Source: Candidatus Nitrosopumilus koreensis AR1
Lineage (GTDB): Archaea; Thermoproteota; Nitrososphaeria; Nitrososphaerales; Nitrosopumilaceae
Direction: 5' to 3'
DNA length: 32,000 bases
NCBI RefSeq assembly: GCF_000299365.1
Contig: NC_018655.1
Location: 270,001 to 302,000 of the forward strand
Shown: in pieces, positions 26,719 to 32,000 of the stretch
How positions within the stretch are numbered: the first letter of the stretch is position 1
Layout of the letters: every line of letters starts with the position of its first letter
Program-made: the position numbers and the translations under genes
Notes under the pieces: generated by a model
What the model saw: the letters and a program-made list of their open reading frames with translations, nothing else
Databases searched by the model: none
Told to the model about the DNA's origin: nothing

Positions 26719-27105
26719 ATGGCACAAATCCAAAAAATGGGAGGTCCATACACAAAGAAGGAACAAGAGATTCGAAAAAACAAAGTCTTTGAACTGCATT
26801 TTGAGAAAGGACATTCTGCAGTGCAAATTGCAAAAATGCTTGATGTCAACAGAAACACAATCAACAAAGACATTGAATCTTGGTATTTAGAAATACATGA
26901 TGACCAATCAAATACCAACAAAAATTGGTTTGATAAACAACTGCTAAGATTAGAGTCGCAACGTGCTAGATTGCAAGAATGTCTTGTAGATGGACTATCC
27001 TCCAAAGAACGATTGCAGATTGAAAAGAGTATTACTCATATTGATTTGAGTATTGCATCTTTGATCGTAAAAATTGAGACGTCTAAAAAATACAAAAACC
27101 TGTAA
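26719..27105 (+). CDS. Helix-turn-helix DNA-binding protein
   Basis: RKNKVFELHFEKGHSAVQIAKMLDVNRNTINKDIESWY is an HTH, followed by a helical region. Confidence 0.75.
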   Translation: MAQIQKMGGPYTKKEQEIRKNKVFELHFEKGHSAVQIAKMLDVNRNTINKDIESWYLEIHDDQSNTNKNWFDKQLLRLESQRARLQECLVDGLSSKERLQIEKSITHIDLSIASLIVKIETSKKYKNL

Positions 27106-27228
27106 TTTTTAGATCTCTCTTTTCTTTTTTTATACTAACTGATAGTTTTTTGTTACTGTGGCTATTCAAATAAACTTCAATTAGTTTGACACTAACCGAA
27201 GTTCGTTAAAACACTGACAAATCAAACA

Positions 27229-27250
27229 TTACATTTCAACTGAAATGTAA
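27229..27250. repeat. Perfect inverted repeat, 10-bp arms with 2-nt spacer
   Basis: TTACATTTCA-AC-TGAAATGTAA. Confidence 0.85.
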
Positions 27251-27481
27251 ACTAAAGATGTATCATGTGTATGAATAAGTATGCTCTTCAAAATCATTAC
27301 ATCTTTCATATGGTACATTGTTGTGACTGATATTTGAAGACTTTCACAGTTACAGAGTAACTCAAGTATGAAAAATAAACTGGACATTCCAACTGTAAAG
27401 TAAAGTTTAATGTAATTTTGATAGATGTTTAACGATTTTCGATAAAATCCATCATTGGTTTTGATGAATTAATTTAACATC

Positions 27482-30349
27482 TTATTCAATCAATATTGCA
27501 GGTTTGAACGGCCTTGCATGTCTTGCCTTTCCCTTTGGATCGTAAATGTCAGAATCAGATTCTGAATAAATTGTAATGTCCACTCCAAACTCTTTCTTTC
27601 CAATACTAATCAACTCTGACTTTAGGAACTCTTTTTCATCAAAGGATTCAGCTTCAAGCTTCATCTTTTTGATTGATTCTGATTCTGAATGCAAGTCCTT
27701 GATTGTTTTCTGCACATAATCTGGCATCTTTTTGGCATCAACAGTTTCAGGATCTGCAATCAATTCTTTCATGACAACTCCCATGTTGTTCTGACCTCCT
27801 ACCATTATTCCTAGCATCTTGCGATAGATTTTGGATTTTGTCTCATCTGAATTTACGTAAATTACAATCTTTTGCGGGGTAATTTTGGTAACCTTGAGAA
27901 TGTTTGCAATGTCGTCTATTGTTGATTTCAGTAACTCTTCAGCTTGAATTGCAGTGGCATCAATTTTTTCTGCAGAAAATTCTGGCCAAGATGATTTTGA
28001 TACTGGTTCTGTATTTTCCAATTTCTCCCACATCTCTTCTGCTACATGTGGTGCAAATGGGGACAACATTGCAACTCGCACTGAATTTATTTGGTGCAAA
28101 ATTCCAGAGACATCTTCACGTCCTTTGGCTTGAACTCTCTTGGAATACCAGCTCAGGTCAGTCTCAAATGTAAACAAGATATCATGTAGTGCCTCTCTCA
28201 ATCGCATTTTTTCTACTGCTTCTGTAACTTCTGCAATCTTGCTCTGAGTTTTAGATAAAATCCACCTGTCTTCTGCCTGCAATTCACCAATGGTATTCTT
28301 TTTGAGCCTAGAACACTCCTCTAAAAGCGATTCAAGCTTGCTTTGAATCCCTGAGACTGATTCCATGTTAAAATCAGCATCCTGCAACAGTTCAGCTGAT
28401 GATATTATTGCCAACCTGATTGGGTCTGCCCCATGATCTCGGATTGCAGTACGTAACGGAATGATGTTTCCCATGCTCTTTGACATTTTAGCTCCATCCA
28501 TCATCACACTACCATTGACAACAATCTCTTGCGGCCATAGTTTCTTTTCAAATATTGCAACATGATTAAGTACAAAAAATGACAAGTGGTTCTGAACCAA
28601 ATCTCGACCAGAATGACGCGAATCAACTGGATAAAAGTACGTGAACTCTTTTTTCATTAGATTAATCATATCTTCAGAAAGTTTTGATGTACTTGCAGCT
28701 AGGGATGCATCACCCTTGTCTAGCAAAACATAATCAAAGAATTCTTTTGTAAGATTCTCAGGAGTAGCTGTTCCATCATTTACAAATCGTGAAATTGTAT
28801 AATATGCCATGTAAATTACACTGTCAGACAAGCTCTCAACAATCCAGTCCTTGTCCCATGGAAGTTTAGTTCCAAGTCCCTGTTGTCTTGCACAAGCTCG
28901 CTCATGCAACCAATCAATTACCTCGACAAACTCTGTCTTGATATTGTTAGGAAGGATGTTCATCTCATCTAAACAGTTTCTAGCTAATTCTTTCCATGAC
29001 TCATCACCATAATTCAAAAACCACTGGTTGTTGAGTATCTTGACAACACATTCAGCTCCGCAACGACATCTAACAGGAGCATTCTCTAGCACTGGGAATT
29101 TTTCTAGAAAATTGTTCTCTTGCAACCATGCTCTGATTTTGTCACGACCAAACTGCACCTTCTCTCCATCAAACTGACCGCACTTGTCGTTGAGTTTTCC
29201 ATCTGTAAACTCTTTGAGGTACAACTCTTTGGTGGCTTCTTCTAGCTTGTCATCAGATTGGTCAGAGATTCCCATCTTCTCTACAATGTCTTTTGCTGGA
29301 ATGGAACCATATCCTTCTGTAGTAATAATTGGAATGGGCTCTAATTTTGAGGCTAGATCGTGTCCTTTGCCCTTCAAATCCATCAATGCCTGATAGTCTT
29401 TAGGGGCATGAGCAGGAACTGACATTACAAGTCCGGTACCCATGCTGGGCTCTACAAAGTCCGCAGGCAATATTGGAATCTCTCGCCCGTCATGGTTTTT
29501 TGCGTATTTTCCAATGATGTCGGCACCTGAAATCTCGCCAATCTCAGTTACCTCTTTTTCAAAGAATGAAATTTTCTTTGCACATTGTTCTGATACTATC
29601 CATGTTTCATCATCTACTTTGACTTTTTTGTAAACAGTATTTGGATTGACCCAGAGATTGGTAATGCCAAAGATTGTCTCAGGACGCAGTGTTGTAATTG
29701 GAAAGATAAATTCATCAAACTTGAATTTTATCAAAAAGTTCTTATCATCAATCTTTGGCTCCACGTCTCCCATTGTATCGTGCTGCGATACTGGGTTTTG
29801 ATCAACAGGACACCATCCAACCGGATGACTTCCCTGAATGATTCTCCCGCTTTCTTTTAGTGTTGTAATTTGCCACTCGATAAACTTTTGATAACCTGGA
29901 ACTATAGTAGTAAACTCTCGTCTCCAATCAATGGAATAACCCATCTCAATCATGCCAGACTTTATCTCTTCATGAAAATAGTCTGCAATCTTTATTGGCT
30001 CAACAAATGTCTTTATTGCATCTTCTGGAACATGGTAGATGTTTCTCAATCCATCCAGAATTTCTTTTTCTCCTGCTTCGATTCTTTTTGCCATGCCAAG
30101 CACCGGAGTTCCAGTATAATGAAATCCCATTGGGAATAATACGTTGTATCCTTTCATCCTGTAGAATCTTGCATGGACATCAGCTAGTGTGTATGTTCTG
30201 CCGTGTCCGATGTGTTGCGGTGAGTTTGGATACGGATATGCTACTGTGATGAATTTTTTTGGTTTGTCATTTGGGTTTGTCTCAAAGTCTTTGTTCTCTT
30301 GCCACTTGCTTCTCCATTTACTTTCAATTTCTGTCCAGTTAACCGTCAT
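27482..30349 (-). CDS. leuS: Leucyl-tRNA synthetase
   Basis: 955 aa with AYPYPNSPQHIGHGRTYT, ITTLRPETIFGITNLWVNP, GAKMSKSMGNIIPL and an archaeal-type C-terminal domain. Confidence 0.97.
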   Translation of the reverse strand: MTVNWTEIESKWRSKWQENKDFETNPNDKPKKFITVAYPYPNSPQHIGHGRTYTLADVHARFYRMKGYNVLFPMGFHYTGTPVLGMAKRIEAGEKEILDGLRNIYHVPEDAIKTFVEPIKIADYFHEEIKSGMIEMGYSIDWRREFTTIVPGYQKFIEWQITTLKESGRIIQGSHPVGWCPVDQNPVSQHDTMGDVEPKIDDKNFLIKFKFDEFIFPITTLRPETIFGITNLWVNPNTVYKKVKVDDETWIVSEQCAKKISFFEKEVTEIGEISGADIIGKYAKNHDGREIPILPADFVEPSMGTGLVMSVPAHAPKDYQALMDLKGKGHDLASKLEPIPIITTEGYGSIPAKDIVEKMGISDQSDDKLEEATKELYLKEFTDGKLNDKCGQFDGEKVQFGRDKIRAWLQENNFLEKFPVLENAPVRCRCGAECVVKILNNQWFLNYGDESWKELARNCLDEMNILPNNIKTEFVEVIDWLHERACARQQGLGTKLPWDKDWIVESLSDSVIYMAYYTISRFVNDGTATPENLTKEFFDYVLLDKGDASLAASTSKLSEDMINLMKKEFTYFYPVDSRHSGRDLVQNHLSFFVLNHVAIFEKKLWPQEIVVNGSVMMDGAKMSKSMGNIIPLRTAIRDHGADPIRLAIISSAELLQDADFNMESVSGIQSKLESLLEECSRLKKNTIGELQAEDRWILSKTQSKIAEVTEAVEKMRLREALHDILFTFETDLSWYSKRVQAKGREDVSGILHQINSVRVAMLSPFAPHVAEEMWEKLENTEPVSKSSWPEFSAEKIDATAIQAEELLKSTIDDIANILKVTKITPQKIVIYVNSDETKSKIYRKMLGIMVGGQNNMGVVMKELIADPETVDAKKMPDYVQKTIKDLHSESESIKKMKLEAESFDEKEFLKSELISIGKKEFGVDITIYSESDSDIYDPKGKARHARPFKPAILIE

Positions 30350-30353
30350 TATA

Positions 30354-32000
30354 TCATCCTAAAATCATTGATTTTGCTTTGGCTATTGCCTCGTCTTTTT
30401 TAGATGTGTCTTTTCCTCCACCTTGTGCAAATTTGGCATCTCCTCCTCCAGAACCGCCCAAAATTGAGGCTACCTCTCGTGCAATGTCGCCTGCATTTAC
30501 GCCTGAATTAGATCCTGTGTAGACCATCACTCTAACTGTGGGACCAGCTTCGAAGATTCCACAAAATGCAGCAGAATCATCTTTGCCAACCAGTTTCTTG
30601 CCAAAGTTCTGGTGGAAATAATCATCATAATCAGGACTGGCTGTAAAACACAATTTTCCCTTTGTATGTATGCCGTCAGACTCTACTGATTCTCCAGCCA
30701 GAATCTTTTCTAGCAGTACGGGAATCTTTTCTCTGGCCTTTGCCTTGTTTTCTTCACGTTGTTTTTCTAGTTGCTCTTTTTGTTTTGCTTCTTCAGCTTT
30801 GCGCTTTAATTCTGCTTCTTGTTTCTTTTCATACTCAAATGCGCCAGGACCTGAAACAAACTCCAAACGAACTACTCCGTCCTGAATGCGTTTTGTTTTT
30901 GTAATCTTGATTAGTTGTATGTCTCCGGTTTTCTTTACATGAGTTCCACCACAAGCCTCAACGTCTTGGTCTTCAATGGACACAATCCTTACAGCTTTTA
31001 CTGGAACAACACCTCCCTGATAGATTCTAAATCCATATGTCTGCTCTGCAGTTCCCCTGTCGTAATAGTCAATGTTTACGTTAAGATTTTGTTTTACCAT
31101 AGAGTTTGCAGCATCTTCGATTTTCTTTACTTCATCATCAGAAAGCGAAGAGTGGTGTGTGATATCTAGTCTGGCATGATCGTCTTCTTTGAAAGCTGAA
31201 TGCTGCCAAATCCAAGAACCCAAAACTCTACGAGATGATGCATTTAGGATGTGAGTGCTGGTGTGGTTTTTAGTAATGTTTGAGCGTCTTGTTTCATCTA
31301 CTTTGCATGAAACTGTCTCTCCTTCTTTTGGAGTTCCACCTTCTAGCTTGTGAACTATAATGTTTGCATGTTTGTCTACATCAATTACTTTGAATCCTGC
31401 AATGGTGCCATGGTCTGGCTCTTGGCCTCCTCCTCGTGCATAAAATGATGTTCTATCTAATACAACCATGTCATCAATTACCTTGAGTACCTTGGCTGAA
31501 AACTCCATTGGGTCGTCTTTGTAAAATAGCGTCTCAGTTTCAGGCAGTCCTTCTAGAGGAAGTTCTGCAACTGCCTTTTTCTTGTCTGACTGGTGCAAAT
31601 CAGATAGTTTGGAGTAAAATGATGATGGAATCTCAGATATGGCATCAACTTCCTTGAGGTATTCAGGAGTGATTCCGTCTGATTCGTAAAATGTAATGAG
31701 TTCATCGACTGTTGGTGTTCCTTTCTCTTTTATCTTGTCTGCCTTTTTCTTCATGTGAACCTTGGATTCTTCATACCTTTGAGATTCCAGTTTTAGTATT
31801 GTCTTGACATCATCTCTCTTTTCATCAAGCTCAGGATACGTGTCCTTGAGATAGTCAACATGTGAATCAATCAAGTCATCAATGTCAAGTTTCAAGTTTA
31901 GTTTGGATATAGTTGCATTAATTCTGCGCAACATCATTCTCAGGTTATATCCTCCGCCAACATTTGATGGAAGTGCACCATCTGTTATTGCAAATATCAA
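30354..32000 (-). CDS. alaS: Alanyl-tRNA synthetase, C-terminal part (start off window)
   Basis: LDRTSFYARGGGQEPDHGTI, TKNHTSTHILNASSRRVLGSW, VEACGGTHVKKTGDIQLIKI, and C-terminal SNSGVNAGDIAREVASILGGSGGGDAKFAQGGG. Confidence 0.95.
   Translation of the reverse strand: MIFAITDGALPSNVGGGYNLRMMLRRINATISKLNLKLDIDDLIDSHVDYLKDTYPELDEKRDDVKTILKLESQRYEESKVHMKKKADKIKEKGTPTVDELITFYESDGITPEYLKEVDAISEIPSSFYSKLSDLHQSDKKKAVAELPLEGLPETETLFYKDDPMEFSAKVLKVIDDMVVLDRTSFYARGGGQEPDHGTIAGFKVIDVDKHANIIVHKLEGGTPKEGETVSCKVDETRRSNITKNHTSTHILNASSRRVLGSWIWQHSAFKEDDHARLDITHHSSLSDDEVKKIEDAANSMVKQNLNVNIDYYDRGTAEQTYGFRIYQGGVVPVKAVRIVSIEDQDVEACGGTHVKKTGDIQLIKITKTKRIQDGVVRLEFVSGPGAFEYEKKQEAELKRKAEEAKQKEQLEKQREENKAKAREKIPVLLEKILAGESVESDGIHTKGKLCFTASPDYDDYFHQNFGKKLVGKDDSAAFCGIFEAGPTVRVMVYTGSNSGVNAGDIAREVASILGGSGGGDAKFAQGGGKDTSKKDEAIAKAKSMILG

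Noticed and set aside
27904-30249. Plus-strand ORFs within leuS (27904, 29184, 29442, 29870, 29995)
   Set aside because: Antisense to leuS, which is clearly coding on the minus strand.
30662-31169. Plus-strand ORFs within alaS (30662, 30670, 30915)
   Set aside because: Antisense to alaS, with no independent motif.
1-32000. CRISPR, transposon or phage elements
   Set aside because: No direct-repeat/spacer array, transposase, integrase or phage-structural reading frame was seen.

Overview
The window looks like chromosomal DNA from a marine thaumarchaeote (Nitrosopumilus-like). The lineage call is inferred from the unsplit RNA polymerase A gene, the PEFG-CTERM surface proteins and overall gene content. 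Left to right: (1) an array of four minus-strand secreted proteins, three of them with a near-identical PEFG-CTERM-type tail and the fourth running off the window. (2) An RNA polymerase/ribosomal cluster: rpoH, rpoB, fused rpoA, an Sm-like gene, two secreted-protein genes, rpl30e, a nusA-like gene, rps12 and rps7. It ends with a convergent tRNA, best read as intron-containing tRNA-Gln(CTG). (3) A mixed region with a YkgJ-type CxxCxxCC protein, a geranylgeranyl-reductase-like flavoprotein, a nitroreductase and small membrane or zinc-ribbon proteins. (4) A zinc-ribbon ORF immediately followed, across an apparent -1 frame break, by an Hrq1/MrfA-like DEAD/DEAH helicase. Very small Cys-rich ORFs, a rhodanese, a family-5-like uracil-DNA glycosylase and an HTH protein follow it. 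(5) leuS and the C-terminal part of alaS on the minus strand. I found no CRISPR array, transposon or recognised defence system. The best candidates for something undescribed are the frame-broken zinc-ribbon/helicase locus with its microprotein cluster, an ORF with no canonical start codon (20904..21218), a translationally coupled pair of membrane microproteins (20032..20381), and the PEFG array with its homogenised tails. All family calls come from reading the translated sequence; no database search was run.
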